Source: an uncultured archaeon
GTDB taxonomy: Archaea; Hadarchaeota; Hadarchaeia; Hadarchaeales; Hadarchaeaceae
Length of the DNA stretch: 64,000 bases
Direction: 5' to 3'
Assembly (NCBI GenBank): GCA_937921735.1
Contig: CAKZTQ010000016.1
Span: forward strand, 15,622 to 79,621
The translations under genes and the position numbers were made by a program. Positions 8,184 to 17,578 of this stretch are shown here, one piece after another (within the stretch, counting starts at the first letter, position 1; each line of letters starts with the position of its first letter). The notes below the pieces were generated by a model. It was not told the DNA's origin. It saw only the letters and a program-made list of their open reading frames with translations, and did no database searches.

Positions 8184-9107
8184 TCAAATCACCATCGTCA
8201 ATATTGCCTTCTGCACGTGTAGCCTGTTCTCTGCCTGGTCGAACACCACGGAGTGCGGGCCATCGATGACCTCGTCGGTGACCTCCTCCCCGCGGTGAGC
8301 TGGCAGGCAGTGCATGAAGATGACGTCCTCCTTCGCGCGCCTCAACAGCTCGGCGTTGACTTGGTAACCCTTGAAGTCCTGCAGCCTGCGCATCTTCTCC
8401 CCTTCCTGCCCCATCGAAACCCAAACGTCCGTGTAGACCACATCGGCCCCGAACACTGCCTCGTTTGGGTCGTTGATCACCTCGAGCTTCGACCCACTCT
8501 CGGCCGCGCGCCTCCTGCCGAGTTCCAGCACCTCCGCGTTTGGCTCGTAGCCGGGCGGGCATGCGATGGAGACGTCGATGCCTACCAGGCTGCAGGCAAG
8601 CAACAGGGAGTTGCACACGTTGTTGCCGTCTCCGACCCAAGCCAGTTTCAGCCCCCGCAGCCTGCCCTTCTTCTCCTGGATCGTCATCAGGTCGGCTAAG
8701 GCTTGACATGGGTGCTCCAGGGGGCTGAGCGCGTTTATCACCGGGACGGTGCTGTGCTTGGCAAGTTCGAGAAGGTTGTCGTGCGAGGTAACCCTAGCGA
8801 CTATGGCATGGACATACCTGCTCAAGGTCCTTGCGGTGTCCGCTATGGTCTCGCCTCTGCTGAGCTGTAGCTCTTGGGCGCTCAGGAATAGCGGATTCCC
8901 GCCGAGCTCATGGATCCCAGTTTCGAACGAGACCCTCGTGCGAGTCGAAGGCTTTTCGAAGATGAGGGCGACGGTTTTTCCCCTAAGCTCGTCCGAGAGG
9001 ATGCCCTTTTCCCTCTGCTCCTTAAAGATGGTTGCCCTCGCCAGGATGTGTCCGACGTCCTCCCCGCTGAGGTCCCCCATGGATAGAAGATGTCTTCCCC
9101 TCAACAT
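8184..9107 (-). CDS. argF: Ornithine carbamoyltransferase
   Basis: Carries the STRTR, HPCQ, DxxxSMG and HCLP motifs along a full-length 307-aa protein. Confidence 0.85.
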   Translation of the reverse strand: MLRGRHLLSMGDLSGEDVGHILARATIFKEQREKGILSDELRGKTVALIFEKPSTRTRVSFETGIHELGGNPLFLSAQELQLSRGETIADTARTLSRYVHAIVARVTSHDNLLELAKHSTVPVINALSPLEHPCQALADLMTIQEKKGRLRGLKLAWVGDGNNVCNSLLLACSLVGIDVSIACPPGYEPNAEVLELGRRRAAESGSKLEVINDPNEAVFGADVVYTDVWVSMGQEGEKMRRLQDFKGYQVNAELLRRAKEDVIFMHCLPAHRGEEVTDEVIDGPHSVVFDQAENRLHVQKAILTMVI

Positions 9108-10291
9108 CCCCTCACCTCCGACAGGATTTCATCTAGGGCATCGACCAAGCGATCGATGTGCTCGCGCTCAACCACGAGCGGTGGCACGAACCTCAAGACC
9201 CTATCCGCCGTACAATTTATAAGGAATCCCCTCTCCATCGCTTTTTTCACCGTCATGTCCGCGGCCTCCTTCGTCGTGAGCTCCATTCCCAGCATCAACC
9301 CAAGCCCCCTGACCTCCCGCACGCAATCGTGCTTCTCGGCCAACTCTTCTAAGCGATCCTTGAAATATCTTCCCACCCTAGCCGCCCGCCGGGGTAGCTT
9401 CAGGCGCATCATGGTGCGCACCACGGTAGTGGCTGCGGCACATGCGAGGGGGTTGCCTCCGAAGGTAGATGCGTGATCGCCTGCCGAGAAGGAGCCCATG
9501 ACCTCCGCTTTAGCGCCAAAGCACCCGATGGGAAAGCCGCCACCGAGGGCCTTTGCTATCGTCATGACGTCCGGCGTCACACCCCAGTGCTGGCAGGCGA
9601 ACCACTTACCAGTGCGTCCCATCCCGGTCTGAACCTCATCGAAGATCAAAAGGGCGCCGCGGGCGTCGCAGAGTTCCCGCAGCCCCTTGAGGTAACCTTC
9701 GGATGGAACGTTTATCCCTCCCTCCCCTTGTATGGGTTCCACGATCACGGCGGCAGTTCGATCGGTGATCGCGCGCTCGGCGGCGGCGAGGTCGTCGAAG
9801 GGCACGAAGTCGAATATCTTGGGGATCAAGGGGGCGAAGGGCTCCCGATAGCTCGCCTTCCAAGTAGCGCCGACGGTGGCCGATGTTCGCCCGTGAAAGG
9901 ACCCCTGCATGGCCACGATGCGCTGGCGCTTGGTGTGCTTGATCGAGAGCTTGAAGGCCCCTTCCACCGCCTCCGCGCCGGAGTTGCAGAAGAAGAATTT
10001 ATCTATGCCCTTAGGGGTGATCTTCGCGAGCAGCTGGGCGAGCTCTACCTGCGGTGTAGTGTAGTACAAGTTGGACACGTGCATGAGCTTTTTCGCCTGT
10101 TCCGAGATGGCCTCGACGAGCGCTGGGTGACAATGGCCCAACGCGCAGACGGCTATGCCGCCGACGAAGTCCAGGTATTCCTTCCCCCCGATATCCCTGA
10201 CCACCATGCCTCGCCCTTCCACCAAGACCAGGGGCTGGCGGTGGTAGGTTTGAGCGAGGTAGCGCTTCTCCAGCTCCAAGATGCGGCGCAT
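9101..10291 (-). CDS. argD: Acetylornithine/LysW-gamma-L-lysine aminotransferase (class III PLP aminotransferase)
   Basis: A 396-aa protein with the PLP-lysine region (DEVQTGMGRTGKWFA) and an ArgD-like overall pattern. Confidence 0.85.
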   Translation of the reverse strand: MRRILELEKRYLAQTYHRQPLVLVEGRGMVVRDIGGKEYLDFVGGIAVCALGHCHPALVEAISEQAKKLMHVSNLYYTTPQVELAQLLAKITPKGIDKFFFCNSGAEAVEGAFKLSIKHTKRQRIVAMQGSFHGRTSATVGATWKASYREPFAPLIPKIFDFVPFDDLAAAERAITDRTAAVIVEPIQGEGGINVPSEGYLKGLRELCDARGALLIFDEVQTGMGRTGKWFACQHWGVTPDVMTIAKALGGGFPIGCFGAKAEVMGSFSAGDHASTFGGNPLACAAATTVVRTMMRLKLPRRAARVGRYFKDRLEELAEKHDCVREVRGLGLMLGMELTTKEAADMTVKKAMERGFLINCTADRVLRFVPPLVVEREHIDRLVDALDEILSEVRGC

Positions 10292-11185
10292 TCACTGCCC
10301 CCGCTCGATCATCGTGCCTATGCCGCTCTCGGTCAGGATCTCAAGCAATAGCGCATGGGGCACGTTGCCGTTGATGATGTGCGCCCGCTCGACGCCGCTG
10401 TTCACCGCCCTTATGCAGGCCTCAACTTTGGGGATCATGCCCTTCTTGATCACCCCTTCCTGGATGAGCTTTTCTGCCTCTTGGACGGTTAGCCTTGGGA
10501 TGAGGGTGCTCTCATTGTTCGGATCCCTCAAGACCCCGGGGACGTTGGTGAGCAATATCAACTTTTTCGCGCGCATGGCGGCCGCGATTTCAGCAGCCAC
10601 TACGTCAGCATTTATGTTCAGGCTATGCCCCTCGTCGTCTATCCCTACCGGCGAGATGACCGGAATATAACCCGTGCCGACTAAGTAGTTTATGACGGTC
10701 GGGTTTATCGACTCCACCTCTCCCACGAAACCGAGGTCCACCTCGATCTCGCGCCCGGTGCGGGTTGTGGTCTTGTAGAGGATCTTGCGCGCCTTGATGA
10801 AGTTTCCGTCGATGCCGGAGATGCCGACGGCTCGCCCACCGTGCTTGTTTATACCGAGCACTATCTCCTTGTTGATCTTCCCGACGAGCACCCTGTGCAG
10901 GATATCGATGGTCTCCTCGTCGGTGATGCGTAGTCCGTGGATGAACTTGGGCTCCTTGCCCATCTTCCTCATTTCCTCGGTTATCTCAGGGCCACCACCG
11001 TGGACGAGCACGGTCTTCATGCCCACGAAGTTGAGCAGCACGATGTCCTTTAGCATGAGGTCCCTTTGCTTCTCCTTCTCCATCACGGCGCCGCCCAACT
11101 TGATCACTATTACCTTGCCGTGGAAGCGCTGGATATACGGTAGGGCCTCCAACAAAACCGTCGCGCGGTCTTCCATTTTTATCAT
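10292..11185 (-). CDS. argB: Acetylglutamate kinase
   Basis: MIKMEDRATVLLEALPYIQRFHGKVIVIKLGGAVM... is the amino-acid kinase family pattern. The ATG at 11185 is preferred over the upstream TTG/GTG extension. Confidence 0.85.
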   Translation of the reverse strand: MIKMEDRATVLLEALPYIQRFHGKVIVIKLGGAVMEKEKQRDLMLKDIVLLNFVGMKTVLVHGGGPEITEEMRKMGKEPKFIHGLRITDEETIDILHRVLVGKINKEIVLGINKHGGRAVGISGIDGNFIKARKILYKTTTRTGREIEVDLGFVGEVESINPTVINYLVGTGYIPVISPVGIDDEGHSLNINADVVAAEIAAAMRAKKLILLTNVPGVLRDPNNESTLIPRLTVQEAEKLIQEGVIKKGMIPKVEACIRAVNSGVERAHIINGNVPHALLLEILTESGIGTMIERGQ

Positions 11186-11288
11186 CACTAAATTGACTTC
11201 ATTACTCAAGGCACTCTTAAAAACATTTGCAAAACAAAACCGAAAACTCGGGCCCATGAGTTTGGCTCAAATTACTTTGGCGCGAAAA

Positions 11289-12128
11289 TTATTTGCTCAA
11301 ATATTTCCACGAGAGGAAAATACCGATGGTCGAGAAGATAGCGGCGAATATCCCCAAAAAGGTGAAATCAACCGCCAGCTGCGACGCGTTCGTCTGATAC
11401 AAGAGCAGCTGCCTTCCGGCGTCGGTTCCGTAAGTTATGGGATTTATCTTGGATATCATTCTCAGCCATTCTGGCATTATTGAGGTTGGAAATAGGGCAT
11501 TGCTGGTGAAGAGGAGAGGCAGGTTCAAGAGGTTCACCACCGCCATTTGGGTTTCCCATCTGGTGGAGCGTATGGCTATCAACAGGAAAATCGAGGAGAG
11601 CCCCATGCACATCAGGAAGAGGACGGCGAAGACGCCGAGCAAATTTAATGGGGTGAAACTGGGGCCCAAGCGCAGGCCGAGCAAAAAGGCCACCAATAGG
11701 ACTATGCCGGATTGAACGAGGGACCTTATCACCGCAGAGAAAATTTTGGAAAACAGGATAGCCCCTCTCGCGACGGGGGTGCTCAGCACCTTGCCCAAAA
11801 AGCCCAGACGTCTATCCCATACGATCGACATGCCGCTGAACATACTCGTGAACACGGTGACGAACGAAAGCATGCCCACCGCCATGAACGAGAAGTAATC
11901 TGGAGTACCGAAGGTGCTCTTCATGAGCTCTTCCGCCACCGCCCTGGGCACCGCGGGATTTTGGAAGATGCCACCTATGTTCATCGCCTTGCCGAACAGG
12001 GCCATCCAAATCACGGGCTGGACGACGGAGATGAAGAGTACTATCGGCTCCTTGTACCATTTCTTCAATTCCCTGTGGGTCAAGGCCCCAAGGCCGTGAA
12101 GCGGGTTCGTCGAGACCTGGTTTTGCAT
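11289..12128 (-). CDS. ABC-2 family transporter permease
   Basis: A six-TM translation of ABC-2 type. The start ATG at 12128 overlaps the ATPase stop (ATGA). Confidence 0.7.
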   Translation of the reverse strand: MQNQVSTNPLHGLGALTHRELKKWYKEPIVLFISVVQPVIWMALFGKAMNIGGIFQNPAVPRAVAEELMKSTFGTPDYFSFMAVGMLSFVTVFTSMFSGMSIVWDRRLGFLGKVLSTPVARGAILFSKIFSAVIRSLVQSGIVLLVAFLLGLRLGPSFTPLNLLGVFAVLFLMCMGLSSIFLLIAIRSTRWETQMAVVNLLNLPLLFTSNALFPTSIMPEWLRMISKINPITYGTDAGRQLLLYQTNASQLAVDFTFLGIFAAIFSTIGIFLSWKYLSK

Positions 12129-13132
12129 CACGCCCTCGCCTTCCTGATGGTCCTCCTTTGGCTCCATACGCTCATCCTTCCCCCCTGTTCATCCCTCATC
12201 GACTTGCCCGTATACTCCAAGTATACCTCGTCGAGCGTGGGCTTCGTCAGCGAAAGCCTCGTCACCGCGTATCCCTTGTTCCTTATGGCCTCGATTATCA
12301 TGGGGGCGGTCTTTTCTCCGTCCTCCACCTTTATCCTATAAGTGTTATCCTGCTTTTTCACCTCCTTTACGCTCGGGATCTCTTCGATCAAGTTCGCAAC
12401 CTCCACATCCCCGGCTTGGATCTCTAGGGTGATGATATCCCCTCCGAGGTCCCTTTTCAGCTCATCGGGTGGACCCATCTTCACTATTTTGCCGTTGTCG
12501 ATGATCGCCACCCTATCGCAGAGTGCATCGGCTTCCTCTAGGTAGTGAGTCGTCATGAAGAGGGTCATATTGAATTCCTCCTTCAGCAGCCTTATGTAGT
12601 CCCAGATCGCCGCCCTCGTCTGGACGTCCAATCCCAACGTCGGCTCGTCCAAGAAAAGCACGCGGGGCCTGTTTATGAGGCCGCATGCCAGCTCTAGCCT
12701 TCTCCTCATGCCTCCAGAATAGGTTTCTACCTTTTTGTCCTTGAACTTAGTCAGTTCGACGAGCTCCAGGAGCTCGGCTGCACGCTTTTTCGACACCTCC
12801 CGGGGTATGCCATAGAGGTCACCGCAGAGGATTATGTTTTCGTATCCAGTTAGGTCCTCGTCGGCGGTATACTCCTGGGGGACAACCCCTATACGGTTTC
12901 TGACCTCACCCGCTTGTTTCACGATATCATATCCGCATACCGTGGCGTGACCCTCGGTGGGTTTTATCACAGTTATCAACATGTTGATGGTAGTCGTCTT
13001 CCCAGCGCCATTCGGGCCAAGAAAGCCGAAGATCTCTCCCTCCCTCACGCTGAAACTGATGTGGTCCACCGCCACGACGTCGCCGTTGAAAACCTTGGTC
13101 AGCCCCACCGCGTTTATTATGTCATCCCTCAT
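12128..13132 (-). CDS. ABC transporter ATP-binding protein (export-type)
   Basis: Carries Walker A (GPNGAGKTT), the LSGGMRRR signature and Walker B (LFLDEPT). The ATG start at 13132 overlaps the PadR stop (ATGA). Confidence 0.8.
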   Translation of the reverse strand: MRDDIINAVGLTKVFNGDVVAVDHISFSVREGEIFGFLGPNGAGKTTTINMLITVIKPTEGHATVCGYDIVKQAGEVRNRIGVVPQEYTADEDLTGYENIILCGDLYGIPREVSKKRAAELLELVELTKFKDKKVETYSGGMRRRLELACGLINRPRVLFLDEPTLGLDVQTRAAIWDYIRLLKEEFNMTLFMTTHYLEEADALCDRVAIIDNGKIVKMGPPDELKRDLGGDIITLEIQAGDVEVANLIEEIPSVKEVKKQDNTYRIKVEDGEKTAPMIIEAIRNKGYAVTRLSLTKPTLDEVYLEYTGKSMRDEQGGRMSVWSQRRTIRKARA

Positions 13133-13683
13133 TTCTCCACCCCAAATCTTTTCGCTACCGCCTCTATCTCTTGGGCGGCCCTGTTGAGCACGTCCGCGAC
13201 TTCGCCCAAGGCTTGCTCCAACTGTCCTTCCTCCAGCTTGTCCTTCAACCCCCAAAGCGCGACCGCCAGCCTTCTCATGGCTTCCCGCAGCTCGACGATC
13301 TTTCCAGCGCGGAGGTCAAGCCACGGAGGACCGAAAAAAGGAGGCGCGAAGAATTTTAGCTTCTTATCGAATTCTTCCTTTATCCTTCGATGTTCCTCGA
13401 AGAAGACCCTTCCCTTGTCCGTGAGCGAATAGCACCTCCTACCGCCCTCTTTTGTAGGCACCTCTTGTATGTAACCCTCGTCTTGCAGCCACGCGAGAAG
13501 GGGATAAATCGAACCTGGACTCGGCCTCCAACACCCCCCGCTCCGTCTCTCTATTTCCTCCATTATCTCTGAGCCGGACATGGGTTTTTTGCTGAGGAGC
13601 TCCAAGACATAATATCGAAGCAGGCCCTTTGGAGCGAAGGCCGTGTGCCTCATCCAGTGTTTGAACGGATGTAGATCCCCCAT
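13129..13683 (-). CDS. PadR-family transcriptional regulator
   Basis: LLRYYVLELLSKKPMSGSEIMEEIERRSGGCWRPSPGSIYPLLAWLQDEGYI is the PadR winged-helix signature. The start is at 13683 or 13653. Confidence 0.7.
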   Translation of the reverse strand: MGDLHPFKHWMRHTAFAPKGLLRYYVLELLSKKPMSGSEIMEEIERRSGGCWRPSPGSIYPLLAWLQDEGYIQEVPTKEGGRRCYSLTDKGRVFFEEHRRIKEEFDKKLKFFAPPFFGPPWLDLRAGKIVELREAMRRLAVALWGLKDKLEEGQLEQALGEVADVLNRAAQEIEAVAKRFGVEK

Positions 13684-13710
13684 TGTATCGTCGTTGATAT
13701 CAAATTCGAT

Positions 13711-13719
13711 ATATTTAAA
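13711..13719 (-). promoter_or_regulatory. TATA box (TTTAAATAT on the minus strand) for the PadR-ABC operon
   Basis: A strong archaeal TATA consensus about 28 nt upstream of the ATG at 13683, which implies a leaderless transcript. Confidence 0.45.
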
Positions 13720-13726
13720 GATATCG

Positions 13727-13750
13727 ACCCCGAAAAAGTGCGGGGTGGTT
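13727..13750 (-). terminator. Candidate terminator after argJ: a hairpin CCCCG-N8-CGGGG with a T5 run
   Basis: Read on the minus strand, ccaccccgcactttttcggggtc lies immediately 3' of the argJ stop at 13751. Confidence 0.3.
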
Positions 13751-14983
13751 TTACGTGGTATATCTGGAATTTATCCTTACATAGTCGTAGGTGAGGTCAC
13801 ATCCCCAAGCGATGGCCGATGCCTTCCCAGCTGCAAGGTCTACCTGGATTTCGATTTCCTTGCCCCGCATCACATCCCTCGCTCGCTCGAGAGCCCTCTT
13901 GGATTTCGGCTTGCCCTTCTCCACCAAGGTGACGCGGCCGCGCTCGCTGGCGAACTCCAGGCTGATCCTCGAGGGATCGAACGAGGCACCGGAGTAGCCA
14001 AGCGCGGCAACCACCCTCCCCCAGTTTGGGTCCCGCCCGAAGACCGCGGCCTTCACCAGGTTCGAGCCGGCCACGGCAAGTGCCGCTCGCTTGGCATCGG
14101 CTTCGTTGCGCGCCCCGTTTACCCTCACCTCTATCAGATGGGTTGCCCCCTCTCCATCTTTGGCTATCATGCGCGCCAGCTCGAGGAGCAGGTAGTCCAA
14201 CCCTGCCTGGAACATCTTATCCATGCGCCTTAGGGTTATGGGGCGATTCCCGGCCCGCCCATTGGCCATCACCAACACCATGTCGTTAGTGCTGGTATCC
14301 CCGTCCACGCTGATCATGTTGAAACTTCGGTCGACGGAGCGTTGGAGCGCCACCCTCAGCGCGGCAGGCGTGATCACGGCGTCGGTCACCACCAGCGCCA
14401 GCATGGTCGCGACCTTCATCCTAGGCCGGATCATGCCAGCGCCCTTGGCTATGCCCGCCATGGTGACTGTCCCGCCGTCCTCCAGGTCTACCCTGATGGC
14501 GATCTCCTTTGGAAAGGTATCGGTGGTCATCACCGCCCTCGCCGCGTTCAAGCTGGCCTCACGCGAGTTGGAGAGCTCCTGAACGGCCGCCCTTATGCCT
14601 GCCTCGATCCGTCGCATGGGCAGGTAGACCCCTATCACGCCCGTCGACGCCACCGCCACGTCCCTCGTCCGAAGACCCAGTAGCTTGGCGGTCAGCTGAG
14701 CCATGCGGCGAGCATCCCGGATACCCCTCTTGCCGGTGAAGGCGTTGGCGTTGCCGCTGTTGGCCACCACGGCCGCCAGCTTGCCATCCTTGAGGTGCTC
14801 GGCGGTGACGAGCAAGGGGGCACCCTTTACTAGGTTCGCGGTGAAGGAACCCGCGGCGGGCACGGGGCCGTCCTCGCTGACGAGCAGCATCAGGTCCAGG
14901 CCTCGCCTTTTGATGCCAGCCCTCACGCCCGCGACCAAAAATCCCGGGACCACCGTCAGCCCGCCCTCGAGCACGGTGATCAT
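13751..14983 (-). CDS. argJ: Bifunctional glutamate N-acetyltransferase/amino-acid acetyltransferase
   Basis: A 410-aa protein with the ATML autoproteolysis site (KVATMLALVVTDA). Confidence 0.85.
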   Translation of the reverse strand: MITVLEGGLTVVPGFLVAGVRAGIKRRGLDLMLLVSEDGPVPAAGSFTANLVKGAPLLVTAEHLKDGKLAAVVANSGNANAFTGKRGIRDARRMAQLTAKLLGLRTRDVAVASTGVIGVYLPMRRIEAGIRAAVQELSNSREASLNAARAVMTTDTFPKEIAIRVDLEDGGTVTMAGIAKGAGMIRPRMKVATMLALVVTDAVITPAALRVALQRSVDRSFNMISVDGDTSTNDMVLVMANGRAGNRPITLRRMDKMFQAGLDYLLLELARMIAKDGEGATHLIEVRVNGARNEADAKRAALAVAGSNLVKAAVFGRDPNWGRVVAALGYSGASFDPSRISLEFASERGRVTLVEKGKPKSKRALERARDVMRGKEIEIQVDLAAGKASAIAWGCDLTYDYVRINSRYTT

Positions 14984-14991
14984 AGCTTCAC

Positions 14992-16020
14992 CTACGGGCG
15001 CAACGGAGGCCCTTTCAATCCCTTCGCCTCGTCGATGCCGAACATCAGGTTCATGTTTTGGATGGCCTGCCCCGACGCGCCCTTGACGAGGTTATCTATG
15101 GCCGAAACCACCACGAGCCTTTTGCCCTCCGCGTCGCACTCCACCCCTATGTCGCAGTAATTCGAACCCACGATGAAGTTGACCTGCGGCAAATCGTCCA
15201 GCACCCGAACGAACGGCTCACCCCTATAGAACTCGCGATAGAGCTGAAGCACCTCCTCCTTGGACATCGGCTCGCGTGCGAAGACGTGCGCGGTCGACAA
15301 GATGCCCCGCACGATGGGTATGAGGTGGGGCGTGAAGTGTGCCCTTACCTTTCGTCCGGCGAGCTTGCTCAGCTCTTGGTCTATCTCGGGCCCATGGCGA
15401 TGGGTAGTCACCGCGTAGGCGCGGATGTTCGCGCCGCAAAGGGGATGATGGGTGACCTCGCCAGGTGCCGCTCCGGCCCCCGAGGTGCCGCTCTTCGCGT
15501 CGATTATTATGTACTCCATGTCCACGAGGTCCTCCCTGACCAGAGGTGCCAAGCTCAACACGGCCGCCGTCGGGTAGCAGCCGGGGTTGGCGACCAGCCT
15601 CGCACCTCTTATCCTCTCGCGGTAGAGCTCGGGCAGACCGTAGATGGCCTTGAGGTGTGGGCTCTCGTGCTTGACGTAATATCGCTCATAGGTGGCCGGA
15701 TCGTCGAACCTGTAGTCGGCGCTGAGGTCGATCACCTTCGCGCCTCCGTCGAGGATCTTGGGCACGAACTTCATGGCGACACCGTGTGGCGTGGCCGTGA
15801 AGACGAGGTCGGTCTTTTCACCGATCTCCTCGTATCTCGGCTCGGTTATCGTCAGGTCGATCAGCCCGCGGAGGTTCGGGTGCACCTTGGGGAGGGGCAA
15901 CCCCACGTTTTTGATGTCGTACGCGCCGACGATCTCGACCTCTGGATGACCCAGCAACAGCCTGAAGAGCTCGCCCCCCGCGTAGCCGGATGCTCCCACG
16001 ACCGCCACCTCGATGGTCAA
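14992..16020 (-). CDS. argC: N-acetyl-gamma-glutamyl-phosphate reductase
   Basis: Carries VVGASGYAGGEL and the catalytic Cys region (ANPGCYPTA). Confidence 0.85.
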   Translation of the reverse strand: MTIEVAVVGASGYAGGELFRLLLGHPEVEIVGAYDIKNVGLPLPKVHPNLRGLIDLTITEPRYEEIGEKTDLVFTATPHGVAMKFVPKILDGGAKVIDLSADYRFDDPATYERYYVKHESPHLKAIYGLPELYRERIRGARLVANPGCYPTAAVLSLAPLVREDLVDMEYIIIDAKSGTSGAGAAPGEVTHHPLCGANIRAYAVTTHRHGPEIDQELSKLAGRKVRAHFTPHLIPIVRGILSTAHVFAREPMSKEEVLQLYREFYRGEPFVRVLDDLPQVNFIVGSNYCDIGVECDAEGKRLVVVSAIDNLVKGASGQAIQNMNLMFGIDEAKGLKGPPLRP

Positions 16021-17498
16021 TGCAATCTCCTCCTCACTTCCTTCAACAACTTTTTCTCGGCTTTTTCGATCGCCCTAGCCCTCGCCTTTCTCAACTTTTC
16101 TCGATTTTTCGCTGCCCTTCTCAATTGTTTAATTTGTTCTCTAACTGATCTCGGCGATGGTCCACCGATAGTACCTCTTGCTTCGATGCATTTATCCAAG
16201 TCAAGGGCGGACCTGAACTCGTCCTCCGTGAGCTGGACTTCCTTGCCTAGGATCTCACGGCATGCGGCTTGTAGGTCGTCCAGCACCAGAGCGTCAGGTG
16301 ATTTACCCTCTTCGATCGCCTTTGCCACCATCCGCCCTACGGCGGCGTGTGCCTCCCTGAACGCGATCCCAGCCTTGCGGACAAGAAGGTCGGCTAGCTC
16401 CGTCGCCGTGGTGAAGCCCCTTTGGGCGCGCTTACGCATCATATCTGGTTTTGGTTTGATCGCGCCCACGAGCCTAGACATGACCTTCACGCTGTCGAGC
16501 GTTTGATCGACGGCATCCCACAGCAGGGGGGTCAGCTCCTGTAGGTCCAAGCTGTACGATTGCGGGAGGGCTTTCATCACCGATAGAGCACCGACTAGGT
16601 CACCGCTCAAGCGCGCAGCCTTCGCACGAGCGATCTCCGCTACCACGGGGTTCTTCTTCTGGGGCATGATGCTGCTCGTCGCGGTGAATTCGTCTGGCAT
16701 CTCAACCATATCGAACTCCGCCGAGCTCCAGATGACAAGCTCTTCGGCCAACCTGCTCAAGTTGATCATCAAGATCGCGAGCGCGGATATCGCTTGAAGC
16801 GCAAAGTCTCGCGCGCCGACGGCATCCATGGTATTCTCCATCACGCGTTTGAATCCGAGCAGACGCGCGACGCGGACCCGATCGATCGAAAAACCCGTGC
16901 CCGCTAAAGCGCAAGCGCCCATAGGGCAATAATTCGTCTGGTCAAAGGCCTGTGAAATACGTTCTGCGTCTCTGAGGAAGGCCGATGCGTAGGCAACGAG
17001 GTAATGCGCAAACGTGGTCGGCTGAGCGATCTGCATGTGAGTATAGCCGGGCATGATGGTATCGACGTGTTCTTCCGCGACCGTCAGCAGGTTGTTCACG
17101 AGCTCCAACAGCGCGGCCTCAAGTTCGAGCAGGTCCTTCCTAAGGGTCATGCGGATTGCCGTCGCCACTTGGTCGTTTCGGCTCTTCGCGGTGTGGAGCT
17201 TCCCACCGATTTCCTCACCCACGATCCCGACGATGAACTTCTCGATAGCCATGTGGATGTCCTCGAGCTCGGGCTTTAACTCCAGCGCTTCCACGCCCCG
17301 CTCGTGAAGCTCATACAACGCTCGCAGGATGGCAGCCCCATCTTCTGGTGAGATGATCCGGCGCTCGGCGAGCATTATACTATGGGCCATGTTGATGTGA
17401 ACAACGGGCTTAAAGATCCTGACGTCGGTTTGCATCGAAGAAGTATATTTGCTGGCCATTTCGTCCATCGTTTTTCCGAGGCGTCCGCCACGCAACAT
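16017..17498 (-). CDS. argH: Argininosuccinate lyase, with an unusual Lys/Arg-rich tail of about 45 aa at the C-terminus
   Basis: MLRGGRLGK...GKLHTAKSRNDQVAT...MPGYTHMQIAQP is the fumarase/ASL signature. It overlaps the argC start by 4 nt. Confidence 0.85.
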   Translation of the reverse strand: MLRGGRLGKTMDEMASKYTSSMQTDVRIFKPVVHINMAHSIMLAERRIISPEDGAAILRALYELHERGVEALELKPELEDIHMAIEKFIVGIVGEEIGGKLHTAKSRNDQVATAIRMTLRKDLLELEAALLELVNNLLTVAEEHVDTIMPGYTHMQIAQPTTFAHYLVAYASAFLRDAERISQAFDQTNYCPMGACALAGTGFSIDRVRVARLLGFKRVMENTMDAVGARDFALQAISALAILMINLSRLAEELVIWSSAEFDMVEMPDEFTATSSIMPQKKNPVVAEIARAKAARLSGDLVGALSVMKALPQSYSLDLQELTPLLWDAVDQTLDSVKVMSRLVGAIKPKPDMMRKRAQRGFTTATELADLLVRKAGIAFREAHAAVGRMVAKAIEEGKSPDALVLDDLQAACREILGKEVQLTEDEFRSALDLDKCIEARGTIGGPSPRSVREQIKQLRRAAKNREKLRKARARAIEKAEKKLLKEVRRRLH

Positions 17499-17578
17499 CT
17501 TGGTTCTCCTTCATCTTGTTATGAGTTGTTGTTATTCAGTTCATTAAAAAAAGGTTTGGGATTTTCGGTCGGTCTTCG

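Noticed and set aside
7600-8709. 369-aa version of the wHTH regulator ORF
   Set aside because: Its N-terminal 175 aa overlap argF in a different frame with Arg/Gly-rich low-complexity translation. Only the C-terminal ~180 aa show a coherent HTH plus domain pattern.
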